Assembly: GCA_002269645.1 (NCBI GenBank)
Contig: NIVC01000070.1
Span: 496,001 to 560,000 of the forward strand
Reading direction: 5' to 3'
Source of the DNA: Macrostomum lignano
Taxonomy: Eukaryota
Length of the DNA stretch: 64,000 bases
Part shown: one piece after another, positions 43,401-56,347 of the stretch
Layout of the letters: each line of letters opens with the position of its first letter
How positions within the stretch are numbered: position 1 is the stretch's first letter
Made by a program: the position numbers and the translations under genes
Notes under the pieces: generated by a model
Seen by the model: only the letters and a program-made list of their open reading frames with translations
The model's database searches: none
Told to the model about the DNA's origin: nothing

Positions 43401-43449
43401 TAAAAAATCCTGATATTCGAGAGCAAAAATAATCCCCGAATTATCCCCA

Positions 43450-46400
43450 TCACAGAGTTTGCCGATCGATGAGCCGCCTAAACACTCCATTCGGCCTCGC
43501 CATCAGTTCGGCGTAGCTGCCCAGCTCGGCTAGTCGACCGTCGGACAGAACTCCAATGAGATCCGCTGTTCTAATAGTGGACAATCGGTGCGCTATGGTG
43601 ATCACTGTTCTGCCTTTGGCTACTTTTAGTAGAGCGTCGTGCACAAGGTATTCGCTTTCCGCGTCGAGTGCGCTGAAATTTGAGGGGATTTTTTATGTTT
43701 TTCAGAAATTTATTTTTACGAGCGTAGGTGATCTTTAGGGACTAAGTTCGGCGCTAATTTGGTAGCTAATACATTGCTAATTAGGAAGGTAATCTGTATA
43801 TTAATTTACGCTGTTTTTCGGTCTGTCTATCTGTCTGTCTGTCTGTCTGTCTGTGTAATTTATTTTTCCAAAAATCGTCTGGCTGAGAAAAAAGCCGATA
43901 TGCAAAGAAATCGCTAATTAAAAAACTAGTGCATTACTTATTTGGTAGCTAATGCATCACTAATTAGGAAGCTAATGCATCGCTAATTAGGAAGCTAATG
44001 CATCGCTAATTAGGAAGCTAATGATTAGGAAGGTAATACATCGCTAATTAGAAAGCTAATGATTAGGAAGGTAATGCATCGCTAATTAGGAAGCTAATGC
44101 ATCGCTAATTAGGAAGCTAATGCATCGCTAATTAGGAAGCTAATGATTAGGAAGGTAACGCATCGCTAATTATCAGCCTATCCGGTCCCTAAACCACTCC
44201 CGCCTACCAGCAGCCGCTCTGCTCACCTGGTGGCCTCATCCAGCAGCAGTACCCGCGGATTCTTGACGATGGCCCGAGCGATGGCCACCCGCTGCCGCTG
44301 CCCGCCGGACAGCAGGACGCCCCGTTCGCCAACCAGAGTGTCGTAGCCCTGCGGCAGAGCCGACACGAATCCGTGCGCGTTAGCCAACCGGGCCGCCGCC
44401 TCGACATCGGCTTGCGACACAGTCGTCGATGACAGGGCGGCGCCGTAGCGAATGTTGTCTGCGACGCTGCAGGAGAACAGCATCGGCTCCTGGGGCACAC
44501 AGCCGATCTGCTCAGAGAGTGAGGACCGTGCGGATGGAATTGATCCCATTGTCTGCCACCCCATATCCCATTGTCCGCCACCCCATATCCCATCGTCTGC
44601 CACCCCATATCCCATTGTCTGCCACCCCATATCCCATTGTCTGCCACCCCATATCCCATTGTCTGCACCCCATATCCCATTGTCTGCACCCCATATCCTA
44701 TTGTCCACCACCCACCCCATATCCCATTGTCAGCCACCCTATATCCCATTGTCTGCCAGCCTATATCCCCTTGTCTGCCACCCCATATCCCATTGTCTGC
44801 ACCCCATATCCCATTGTCTGCCACCCTATATCCCATTGTCTGCACCCCATATCCCATTGTCAACCACCCCATATCCCATTGTCTGCCATCCCATATCCCA
44901 TTGTCTAACACCAGCCCATATCCCACTGTCTGCCCCCCACCCCATATCCCATTATCCCCTCTTTAGTATTTTTCTCTCCCAACCAGATATCCCATACACA
45001 GGAGTTCTCTCATACGCTCGTAAATCCCAGGAATTCCCCAAAAAAATCCCAGAAATTCCCCCATAAAATCACAGGAACTCCCCAAAAATCCCACTAATTC
45101 CCCCATAAAATCCCACGAATTCCCACATAAAATCCCACACGCACCTGATTCCGCAGCCACACCGGGTCCAATGTCCGAATGTCCACCCCGTCCAGCCGGA
45201 CGAACCCCCGGTCGGGATCGTAGAAGCGCATGAGCAGATGGCCGAGCGTGGACTTGCCCGAGCCCGACGGTCCAACGATGGCCACGCTGGCCCCGGCCGG
45301 CACAGTCAGGTCCAGGCTGTGGAACAGCTGCAGCCGAGCCGCCTCTTCGCCCAGACCGCCTCCGCAGTAGGAGAAGGCCACTCTCTCGAACTTGATCTCG
45401 CCTCGAACTCTGCCTAATCGGCTGTCGGTCGCCGATGCCGCTGATTGCTCGGCAACTGGCAGGGCGGGGATCAGCGGCTGCCGGTCGATAAGCTGCCACA
45501 GGCGCTGACTGGCGCCCAGGCCTCGCATGAGGTCTGAGTAGAAGGAGCTCACCCCGTTGATGGAGACTCCAACATAGACGGCGTAGAGCAGGAAAGCGGA
45601 CAAACTCCCTACGCTTAGTCTGCCGTCCGACATCATTATACCGCCGAAATAAAGTACGCAGAGTACTACCAGATTCCCGGCGGCGGTTACGGAGCCGAAG
45701 AAAGCTGCTCGAGCTTTGGCTTCGTTCAGGGTGGCCAGGTAGACAGACTGGGTCTCCTGGGAGTAGCTGGGAGGGTTGCGGGCGACTCTGCTTGTTATCC
45801 AGAATTCTGGGTTTGATACTCGGTAGTAGAGAGGGAGGTTCAGGTGTTGATGAAGGAGGGAGTGAAAAAAAATTGATATTAAATTGAGGAGACATAAAAC
45901 AGTGTGTGATGTAAATAAGGGAAAGTAAGGAGATACAGAAGAGAAAGAGAGGTAGATAAAGATGAGTGAGAGGTAGATAAGAAAGAGTGAGAGGGAGATA
46001 GGGGAGAGTGAGAGAGATAGGGGAGAGTGAGAGAGATAAGAGAAAAATGAGAGGGATATTAGGGAGAGTGAGAGGGAGATTATGGAGAGGGAGAGGTAGA
46101 TAAGAGGGAGTGAGAGGTACATAAGAGAGAGTAAGAGAGAGATAAGGGAAAGTGAGTGGTAGATAAGAGTGAGAGGGAGATAAGAAAGAGTGAGAAGGAG
46201 ATAGGGGAGAGTGAGAGAGATAGGGGAGAGTGAGAGAGATAAGAGAAAAATGAGAGGGATATTAGGGAGAGTGAGAGGGAGATTATGGAGAGGGAGAGGT
46301 AGATAAGAGGGAGTGAGAGGTACATAAGAGAGAGTAAGAGAGAGATAAGGGAAAGTGAGTGGTAGATAAGAGTGAGAGGGAGATAAGGGAAAGTGAGAGG

Positions 46401-47687
46401 TAGATAAGAGAGTGAGAGGGAGATAGGGAGAGTGAGAACAGCAGCAGTTGAACCCCAACCTGCGAATCTCGTGGGCCTCCTTAGCAAAGGCCCGCACAGT
46501 CCTGATGCCGCTGAAGCGCTCCTCGGCGAGCTGAGTAGCCGCGGCCAGCCGGTCCTGCACCTGCAGAGTGATCCGCTTCACGTAGCGGCCATAGACAACC
46601 GCCAGGACGGCCACGGGCGGCACCACGGCGAGGGACACGGCGGCAAGGCGGGGGCAGACGTAGATCATCATGCCGACGCTGGCTACGGCCATGAAAGTTG
46701 ACCGGATTCCGTCCGCCACGTTGAGGGTGAGCGACTCGCCAACGAGGGCGGTGTCGGCTGACAGGCGATTCACCAGCTCGCCGGTGCGCGACCGGTCGAA
46801 GAAAGCAATCTGGGCGGATCGCGGTAAGACTGGTTGTTTGTTATACTGTTCCTAGAGTTCCCCTACTGTCAGTGGTCCAAGAATTCCCCTGTTCTGTGCT
46901 TCTCTGTTCCTAGAATTCCCTGTTCCGTCTGTTCCGAGAATTTCCTTGTTTCCTCCTTTCCTAGAATTCACCTGTTCTTTCTATTCCCAGAATTCCCTTG
47001 TTCTGTTCTGTGTTCTTAGAATTCCCTGTTCCCTTTGTTCCCAGAATTCCCCTGTTCTCCGTGTTCCTAGAGTTCCCCTGTTCTCCGTGTTCCTAGAATT
47101 CCCCTATTCACTGTGTTCCTAGAATTCCCCAGTTTTGTTCTCCATGTTCCAAGAATTCCCCTGTTCGCTGTGCTCTTGGAACTCATTGGTTCTTCTCCCA
47201 GTGCCCACGCGCCCACCTCCTGAGTCAGCGTGCTGGAGTACACGGCATCCCGCATCCGTTTGATAATCCGCTGGCCGGCGGACCGCATCAGGTACACCCT
47301 AGCGGCATTGGCGGCCCCGCCAAGCAGGAACAGGCCCGCCAATCCCGTCGAAATCCGCGTCAACGATCGACTCAACGCAGCTTTGTCGTCTTTCTCCGAA
47401 TCGATGACGTCAACAATTCGGCCGATGAAGAACGGCAGCGACACGGTGATGCCGCTGGAGAATGCCAGCAGGCCGATGCCGGCCAGGATGTGCCGCCGTT
47501 CGGGCCGAGATTGAGCCGCCAATCGGCGGATGTCGCTCAGTCTGGGCCGCTGCTTCGACGGCTGCGGAGCTGAGGACTGTAGCTGACGCCGGCAGAAAAA
47601 CAGAAAGTCTTGCCGGTGTCTCTGATGCCAGCTCTGCTGCTGGTGAAGGCACCGTTGGCCTCGAAGAGTTGGCAACAGGCGCAACAT
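43450..47687 (-). CDS. ABCB10: ABC half transporter, ABCB10-like (mitochondrial), ~648 aa
   Basis: Exons 47687-47217, 46809-46460, 45766-45145, 44507-44227, 43672-43450 with consistent phases (1947 nt). Basic presequence-like N-terminus; TMD ([19 protein letters not shown]); Walker [10 protein letters not shown], signature LSGGQRQR, Walker B LLLDE, D-loop SALD, H-loop AHRL. Confidence 0.88.
43950..44172. repeat. 23-bp intronic minisatellite (GCTAATGCATCGCTAATTAGGAA)
   Basis: Tandem units in ABCB10 intron 4. Confidence 0.85.
44545..44955. repeat. 20-22-bp intronic minisatellite (CCCCATATCCCATTGTCTGCCA)
   Basis: Tandem units in ABCB10 intron 3. Confidence 0.9.
45900..46435. repeat. GA-rich polypurine tract with internal duplications
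   Basis: Fills ABCB10 intron 2. Confidence 0.85.
46850..47165. repeat. Degenerate ~26-bp minisatellite (TTCCTAGAATTCCCCTG core)
   Basis: Fills ABCB10 intron 1. Confidence 0.75.
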
Positions 47688-47814
47688 GACTTGGGCTTTA
47701 AATGATTTCGTATCGTCAGCCTACTCTAAGTAGCATATGGTAGCTCAGATCCAGGGCTCGCAACTGCTGAGGGGAAGTGTGTTTAAGAATTCGTAGTTAG
47801 AGACTGTTTTTGCG

Positions 47815-48610
47815 ACTATGGCTGTCTGTATTTTGCTGTTGCCTACTATAACTGTCTGTAATCGACTATGACTGTCTGAAGCTGTCTGTAATCGACTATG
47901 ACTGTCTGTAGCTGTCTGTAATCGATTATGACTGTCTGTAGCTGTCTGTAATCGATTATGACTGTCTGTAGCTGTCTGTAACCGACTATGACTGTAGCTG
48001 TCTGTAACTGATCATGACTGTCTGTAGCTGTCTGTAACCGACTATGACTGTAGCTGTCTGTAATCGACTATGACTGTCTGTAGCTGTCTGTAATCGACTA
48101 TGACTGTTTGTACATGTAGCCGTCTGTAACTGATCATGACTGTCTGTAGCTGTCTGTAACTGATCATGACTATCTGTAGCTGTCTGTAACTGATCATGAC
48201 TGTCTGTAGCTGTCTGTAACTGATCATGACTGTCTGTAGCTGTCTGTAACTGATCATGACTATCTGTAGCTGTCTGTAACTGATCATGACTGTCTGTAGC
48301 TGTCTGTAACTGATCATGACTGTCTGTAGCTGTCTGTAACTGATCATGACTATCTGTAGCTGTCTGTAACTGATCATGACTGTCTGTAGCTGTCTGTAAC
48401 TGATCATGACTATCTGTAGCTGTCTGAAACTGATCATGACTGTCTGTAGCTGATCAGGAGTCATGACTGTCTAGCTGTCTGTAACTGATCATGACTATCT
48501 GTAGCTGTCTGAAACTGATCATGAGTGTCTGTAGCTGTCTGTAACTGATCATGACTGTCTGTAGCTGTCTGTAACTGATCATGACTATCTGTAGCTGTCT
48601 GTAACCGACT
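47815..48610. repeat. 30-bp minisatellite (TGTCTGTAACTGATCATGACTGTCTGTAGC)
   Basis: About 26 tandem units starting ~130 bp upstream of the ABCB10 ATG. Confidence 0.92.
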
Positions 48611-49117
48611 ATAAAACCATTTTAGTAAAACAAAACACAAACTACTTATAGATTAACTTTTAAAAGCTACAAAAATGTTCAATTATATGCCGCGATAGTA
48701 TATTTAATATGCTTGCACTTTTGCATAAACAGAATTTAATAATATCGTAATTGAGAAGTAGAGTAACAAAGACTCAGACAGAGACTTGTATACGTATATT
48801 TAGGAAAAGGTAATACAACAGCAAATGTAGAAAAAAAGTTTACGCATGTCTAACAGATATATAGTTAACTATAATCATACTATTATAACATTACTGTATA
48901 ATTAAACCAACAAGACGACAGAAATTTATAAGCTTTAAAATACAAAACAAAATAATATAAACCAGATAATATAAATAAAATATAAAGTGTACTTATGCTA
49001 AACAACAGGCAGTCATGTTCAGGCCAATCGCTAACCGGATTGAAAACGGCACTGCGCATGCATTATGTAACATTTGCAGCAGAGACCTGTTGATTCAGAA
49101 ACACCCAATCCTAGCCA

Positions 49118-49541
49118 CAGATACTAGAATAACTAGATAAGCCGCTTAGCACATTTGTGCTTAAGCTACTCTCAGTTCAGTAGTAAGTTAAACAGAAGCA
49201 TTTTAATGTATTTTAAAGTCAAGGCTCATTTATTGGCTCTTACCCCCCAGCTTAGACCCTCCAACCGTTTAAGCTACCCCCCGCCCCGCCCAAATTTTAT
49301 TGCTTTTCTCGGAATTCCACACCAAAGCTGCCATGTACATTTCAGTGGACTGGCCAATGTACATTACTGCTGAACCAATTAGCAAGTTGTTTACGCCTGC
49401 AAGCTGGGGCTTCTAAACTTATCAAAGTCATTTCAGCTGCCTTTATTTTTATAAAATAGCTTATGTATTCTTCTTTGCTACTGAACTGAGAGTAGAAAGC
49501 TGTTTTGCTAAGTATATGCCTGCGTGGCCCATCTAGTTATT
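49118..49541 (+). mobile_element. Dispersed ~420-bp repeat (MITE-like), copy 2
   Basis: Left end AATAACTAGATAAGCCG (49128) and right end TGGCCCATCTAGTTATT (49525-49541) are imperfect 17-bp TIRs. Confidence 0.7.
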
Positions 49542-49719
49542 ATTTTACTATCTGTGGTCCAAGCCTTCTTTCTTTCACTATGAAAAAACTGTCAGATTAG
49601 TGTAAACATTGCAGAAAATGCCAACTTGTACTACTATTAGCAGTAATTCATGCGTATGAGCTGCACAGGTGAAAATCTATTAATCAAACAGATTTCTCCC
49701 CTTTTATGCGATTCTGTGA

Positions 49720-49830
49720 GACTAAAGGGGTGGTTTATTGGCGATTCTGTGAGGCTAAGTAGGGTTTAAGGAAATTTCGTGAGGCTAAGGAGGGTTTAAG
49801 GAGATTCTGTGAGGCTAAGAAGGGTTTATT
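49720..49830. repeat. Short 30-bp tandem repeat
   Basis: About 4 units of GGAGATTCTGTGAGGCTAAGAAGGGTTTA-like sequence. Confidence 0.7.
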
Positions 49831-50264
49831 GGTGATTCACAGCAAAAGGGTTAACTGGAATTAAGCTGAAAGCAAAAATCATAAGTAAATAAAAAATTCG
49901 GGTTTATCTTCCAAAACAAAAAGCATTGTCTGCATAATAATTAAAATAAAAGGAAAACGCTTAACATAGGCTCATCTGGAGCTGACAAGTAGTATATCTT
50001 GCAACTTAATAAAATTCGCGCGAGACAAATTAAAAGAATTTAACTACGCTCAACTAAACTAATGGAATATAAAAAAATTCCAAAAAGCATTCAGCTGTAT
50101 TAGCGGCAGGACTAGATAATGGGACAGAGTAAAGAACTGTGCAGCTTAATTTAACTCGTTTTAACACTGCGTTAAGAGAGACTCACAGCCTTCACTGGGC
50201 TATTATTCCAAATCTATGAGTATAAGGACATACGAGCGTACCGTTGCAATCTCAGCAATTTTTT

Positions 50265-51250
50265 AGTGGGCCATCAACCCCCAACCCATTTAGGGTTATT
50301 ATCGATTTTTGAGTGGGCCATAAACCCTCAACCCATCTTGGGTTATTATCGATTTTTGAGTGCACCACAAACCTCCAACCCATCTAGGGTTATTATCGAT
50401 TTTTGAGTGGACCAGAAACCCCCAACCCATCTAGGGTTATTATCGATTTTTGAGTGGACCAGAAACCCCCAACCCATCTAGGGTTATTATCGATTTTTGA
50501 GTGGACCACAAACCTCCAACCCATCTAGGGTTATTATCGATTTTTGAGTGCACCACAAACCTCAAACCCATCTTGGGTTATTATCGATTTTTGAGTGGAC
50601 CACATCCTCCAATCCATCTAGAAGGGTTATTATCGATTTTTGAGTGGGCCACTAACCCCCTAACCTATATAGGGTTATTATTTCCCGTGGGCCACAAACC
50701 CTAATCCATCTAGGGTTATAATTGATTTTCCAGTGGGCCACGAACCCCCCTAACCCATCAGGGTTATTATTGATTTTCCTGTGGGCCTTCTGGGCTACTA
50801 ACTTCAAACTACTAACTTAACTACTACTAACTACTACTAACTATTAACTACTAACTAACTACTAACTTATCGATTTTTAGTGGGCCATCAACCCCCTAAT
50901 TAATCTAGGGTATTATCGATTTTCCAGTGAGCTACCGACCCCCCGCTAACCCATCTATGGTTATTATCGATTTTCCCGCGGGCAACCAATCCCTAAACAT
51001 CTAGGGTTATTATCGATTTCCCCGCGGGCAACCAATTCCTGAACATCTAGGGTTATTATCGATTTTCCCGCGGGCAACCAATCCCTAAACATCTAGGGTT
51101 ATTATCGATTTTCCCGCGGGCAACCAATCCCTAAACATCTAGGGTTATTATCGATTTTCCCACGGGCAACCAATCCCTAAACATCTAGGGTTATCAATTT
51201 CCAGTGAGCCACCAACCTCCTAAATCATGTAGGGTTATTATCGATTTTCG
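50265..51250. repeat. ~50-bp minisatellite (CCATCTAGGGTTATTATCGATTTT core)
   Basis: About 18 degenerate units in two sub-variants, interrupted by a (CTA/ACT)n patch near 50775-50865. Confidence 0.85.
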
Positions 51251-51807
51251 AATCTGCTGAGACTTGAAAGTTGCCGGTTTCAAGATCCAAAGTAGTTGCG
51301 TTGAGTTAGGCTCGCAGATTAAAAGGCGCCCAACCTTGTTTTAAAAAGAAAATTAAGCAAGAAAACCTAAAAAGTGAAACGCATATTAACTAATTATGCT
51401 ATCATTTATTTTCGAAATGTTTTGTACGATAAAAGCGATAAATATGAGGCAACAACAACAATTAAGCTAAGCGGGATACTGAAACATTGCATTATCATTT
51501 TACGATGTTAAGTACGGCATGTACTAGAGAAAAAAACAGAATTCGACTTTTGCTATTACTTCTCTGTGTAATAGCTTAAAAAGCTAATAGCTTATGTGAC
51601 TTAAAACAAAACAAAACCAATGCAGCAGAGAGCGACATTAAAGTCACTATTGTACTTTTTTCATATCTCTTACGATTTTACTTATTTAAAACACGTACAA
51701 AACAAGCATCAAAGCGAGAACTGCATTTCATTCTATTTAGCTAAAATTGTACAAATTGTAAATCCTTAGCCAGGCGGCAGAATTTGAAGATCAGAGCATC
51801 AGCAGAA

Positions 51808-54800
51808 TCACATGTTCATTATTTCGTCATCATCGTCGTCCTGAAAGTTATTGATTGAAAATATGTTAAAATGTGTCAAAATATGATTATTAAAAATGTA
51901 AAAAAACTACTAATGACAGTAAGAATTCTACTAACCTCGTTCATGATATAGCGACGGTGGGAAGATGAAGCGTAGAGATGGGAGCTCCGGGAGTTGGAGG
52001 GCACATTGCTGCAAACAAGTGGGCAAGGATTAGGCAATGTTAGTACTAAATGCCATGGTTACTAAAATGCTAAATAAGAACTGCATAAATCAAAATAAAA
52101 CCTTTTCATACTACTTGAAGTCAAGTTAGTCAACACAACTGACACGACTTGGCATGTCTTGGGTTCACCTCACAGCGTCAAACATTACTCCAAGCAGTCA
52201 GAGTGTCCTTAAACAGCCATTTCTCTTTTCTCACGCTCGACGTTAAGGACAATTCTGATCGCGCCAGGCACTTCGCACCTGAGGGCCTATCGCCATCTAA
52301 TTGACCCCAGCAACTACCCGACTTGCAACTGGACACCCAGGAGCACCGGCCGTGCGCTGCCCTGCCCTCCGTAACATTCGCATCCGGCATCAATCCTCTC
52401 GACTGACCCGACAAAGGCAGCGGCGCTGAAGATGGCGGAGCTTCTAGTCCTCTCAGCGCCTGGCCAGCAGTAACAACAACAACAACAGAAACAACAGCAA
52501 CAACAACAGAAACAACAGCCTCACATCCAGCAGGCCTCCGAGCAGCTCCAGACACTGGCTAGACCCCATCGGGGCTGGCCGCCAGTGCTGGACTGTCAGG
52601 CGTGGGGTGGAAGGTCCGCTGGCCACGGACACGAAAGCTGGAATAACGGCCCCTCTGCTGGGGTTGACCCTGGTGGACCTGGTGGCAAGCTCGCCGACAT
52701 GCCCTCTGCACACTCACGCGGCGACGCGGTGGTGCAAGGCCCCTGTCCTATGGTGAGCGGGACAATGATGGCTGGCTGTGCCTTGTTGCAGTCAGATCGT
52801 TCCCGTAGGCCCAATGACCAGGTGACCCAGCTGGGCCGTCATCAACAACAACAACAACAGAAACAACAACAGCAGCAACAACAACAGTAACAACAGCAAC
52901 AACAGAAACAACAACAGAAACAACAAACAACAACAGCAGCAACAACAACAGTAACAACAGCAACAACAACAACAGAAACAACAACAGAAACAACAACAGC
53001 AACAACAGCAGAAACAACAAACAACAACAATAACAACAGAAACAACAACAACAACAACAACAGAACAACAGCAACAACAGAAACGACAACAGCAAAACAA
53101 CAGAAACAACAGCAACACCAAGCTGTGTATAGTACTGCGGAGCAGCCTGGCTACCTTGGATAGCAAAGTCCAACCTCAACAAGTTAGAACGAGCCCACAG
53201 AGAGTGTCTCAGAAGTACTGCGGGCCTGATGAAGTCCACCCCGATCGATGCCGTTTCCCTGGAAACGGGAATCTTACCTATCACCAGCTCTGCTAGAATC
53301 AAGAGCATGATGGAGTGGGAAAAAGCGGCTAGAGACCCAGCCTGGAACCCTAGAAGAAAAATGTGGGAGCAGCATGGAAACCGCAGACTCAAAGCCAACA
53401 GAGGATGGAGAGACCAAACTAGAGAACTCTGCCTCATGATCTGCAACGCACTAATAGAAGAGTTTGCAACTAAAAGACACCCCACCGTGGAAAAGACTTC
53501 AGGCGGACGGAATCAAGATCTGCCATGAGCTCCCAGGAGGACAAAAAAGGGAGACACAGACCCCACCGAGGCCGCGAGGAAGACCATTGAGGAGGCCGTC
53601 AACGCCAAAAACAAACAACAACACCGAACAACGTCAACGCCGAACTTAAAATCTACACTGATTGCTCGGTCAGATGTGAAGGTAGAAACGGCGTTGCAGC
53701 GTGCATAGCTTACAGCAACGAATTTACCGGAGCGCTATGCAGCTCGCTCGTGGCTGAAAGAAAAGCTTTGCACCTAGCAATGGACGTGATAGAAGAACAC
53801 ACCCCAAAATCTGCCACTATCCTGACTGACAGCAAAGCTTTAATCCTCAGACTTAAGAACGAAACGCCCACCAGAAGCAATTGCCACTACCAACTGATCA
53901 CACGCCTGAGAGAAGCGAGCAGATACTGCCACATCGTTTTACAGTGGATCCCAGGCCACATTGGTATTGAAGGAAATGAGAGGGCCGACCAGATGGCTAA
54001 AGAAGCGACGAGATTGGACCAAAGCGCTATCAACCTGGACTTCGAAGCCATGAAGAGATTTCTACGCGAAAAAGAGACCCTCACTACTAACGACCAGAGA
54101 CTGAAATCCGTGTACAACCACCCGATCATCAGGTCCGCCACGACCAGAGACTGAAATCCGTGTACAACAACCCGATCATCAGGTCCGCCACGACCAGAGA
54201 TTGAAATCCGTGTACAACCACCCGATCATCAGGTCCGCCACGACCAGAGATTGAAATCCGTGTACAACCACCCGATCATCAGGTCCGCCACGACCAGAGA
54301 CTGAAATCCGTGTACAACCACCCGATCATCAGGTCCGCCACGACCAGAGATTGAAATCCGTGTACAACAACCCGATCATCAGGTCCGCCACGACCAGAGA
54401 CTGAAATCCGTGTACAACCACCCGATCATCAGGCCCGCCACGACCAGAGACTGAAATCCGTGTACAACCACCCGATCATCAGGCCCGCCACGACCAGAGA
54501 CTGAAATCCGTGTACAACCACCCGATCATCAGGTCCGCCACGACCAGAGATTGAAATCCGTGTACAACCACCCGATCATCAGGTCCGCCACGACCAGAGA
54601 CTGAAATCCGTGTACAACCACCCGATCATCAGGTCCGCCACGACCAGAGATTGAAATCCGTGTACAACCACCCGATCATCAGGTCCGCCACGACCAGAGA
54701 CTGAAATCCGTGTACAACCACCCGATCATCAGGCCCGCCACGACCAGAGACTGAAATCCGTGTACAACCACCCGATCATCAGGTCCGCCACGACCAGAGA

Positions 54801-56301
54801 CTGAAATCCGTGTACAACCACCCGATCATCAGGTCCGCCACGACCAGAGACTGAAATCCGTGTACAACCACCCGATCATCAGGCCCGCCACGACCAGAGA
54901 CTGAAATCCGTGTACAACCACCCGATCATCAGGCCCGCCACGACCAGAGACTGAAATCCGTGTACAACCACCCGATCATTAGGTCCGCCACGACCAGAGA
55001 CTGAAATCCGTGTACAACCACCCGATCATCAGGCCCGCCACGACCAGAGACTGAAATCCGTGTACAACCACCCGATCATCAGGTCCGCCACGACCAGAGA
55101 CTGAAATCCGTGTACAACCACCCGATCATCAGGTCCGCCACGACCAGAGACTGAAATCCGTGTACAACCACCCGATCATCAGGTCCGCCACGACCAGAGA
55201 CTGAAATCCGTGTACAACCACCCGATCATCAGGCCCGCCACGACCAGAGACTGAAATCCGTGTACAACCACCCGATCATCAGGCCCGCCACGACCAGAGA
55301 TTGAAATCCGTGTACAACCACCCGATCATCAGGTCCGCCACGACCAGAGACTGAAATCCGTGTACAACCACCCGATCATCAGGTCCGCCACGACCAGAGA
55401 CTGAAATCCGTGTACAACCACCCGATCATCAGGCCCGCCACGACCAGAGACTGAAATCCGTGTACAACCACCCGATCATCAGGTCCGCCACGACCAGAGA
55501 TTGAAATCCGTGTACAACCACCCGATCATCAGGTCCGCCACGACCAGAGACTGAAATCCGTGTACAACCACCCGATCATCAGGTCCGCCACGACCAGAGA
55601 TTGAAATCCGTGTACAACCACCCGATCATCAGGTCCGCCACGACCAGAGACTGAAATCCGTGTACAACCACCCGATCATCAGGCCCGCCACGACCAGAGA
55701 CTGAAATCCGTGTACAACCACCCGATCATCAGGTCCGCCACGACCAGAGACTGAAATCCGTGTACAACCACCCGATCATCAGGTCCGCCACGACCAGAGA
55801 CTGAAATCCGTGTACAACCACCCGATCATCAGGCCCGCCACGACCAGAGACTGAAATCCGTGTACAACCACCCGATCATCAGGCCCGCCACGACCAGAGA
55901 CTGAAATCCGTGTACAACCACCCGATCATCAGGTCCGCCACGACCAGAGACTGAAATCCGTGTACAACCACCCGATCATCAGGCCCGCCACGACCAGAGA
56001 CTGAAATCCGTGTACAACCACCCGATCATCAGGCCCGCCACGACCAGAGACTGAAATCCGTGTACAACAACCCGATCATCAGGTCCGCCACGACCAGAAG
56101 GGAGGCCGTCATCCTGGCCCAACTCAGAACTGGGTGTGGCGCGCCTAGCGACAAGGACCATTGGTTTGAATGCGCGAAGTGGGATTGGATCTGCATCACG
56201 TGTGGCCTCAATGGCACGAATAATTTGCACGAGTTGGTGACTCTACGCTTCCTGAGGGCTGATCACCCTGATAGCAAGCCTGAAGGACGGCTTTTCCAAA
56301 C

Positions 56302-56347
<46 letters not shown>

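Noticed and set aside
44204-45066. Several overlapping Gly/Trp- or Pro/His-rich ORFs
   Set aside because: Read-through of the ABCB10 intron-3 minisatellite; only 44507-44227 is exon.
50265-51250. Interstitial telomere (TAGGGTTA in each unit)
   Set aside because: Only one 8-nt match per ~50-bp unit and no tandem TTAGGG.
52748-53485. Poly-Leu/Val/Cys ORFs here and at 56208-56693
   Set aside because: Alternative frames of (CAA)n and (CA)n microsatellites.
54091-56098. CRISPR-like regular array
   Set aside because: Units are contiguous with no unique spacers, there are no cas genes, the context is eukaryotic, and the unit derives from retrotransposon coding sequence.
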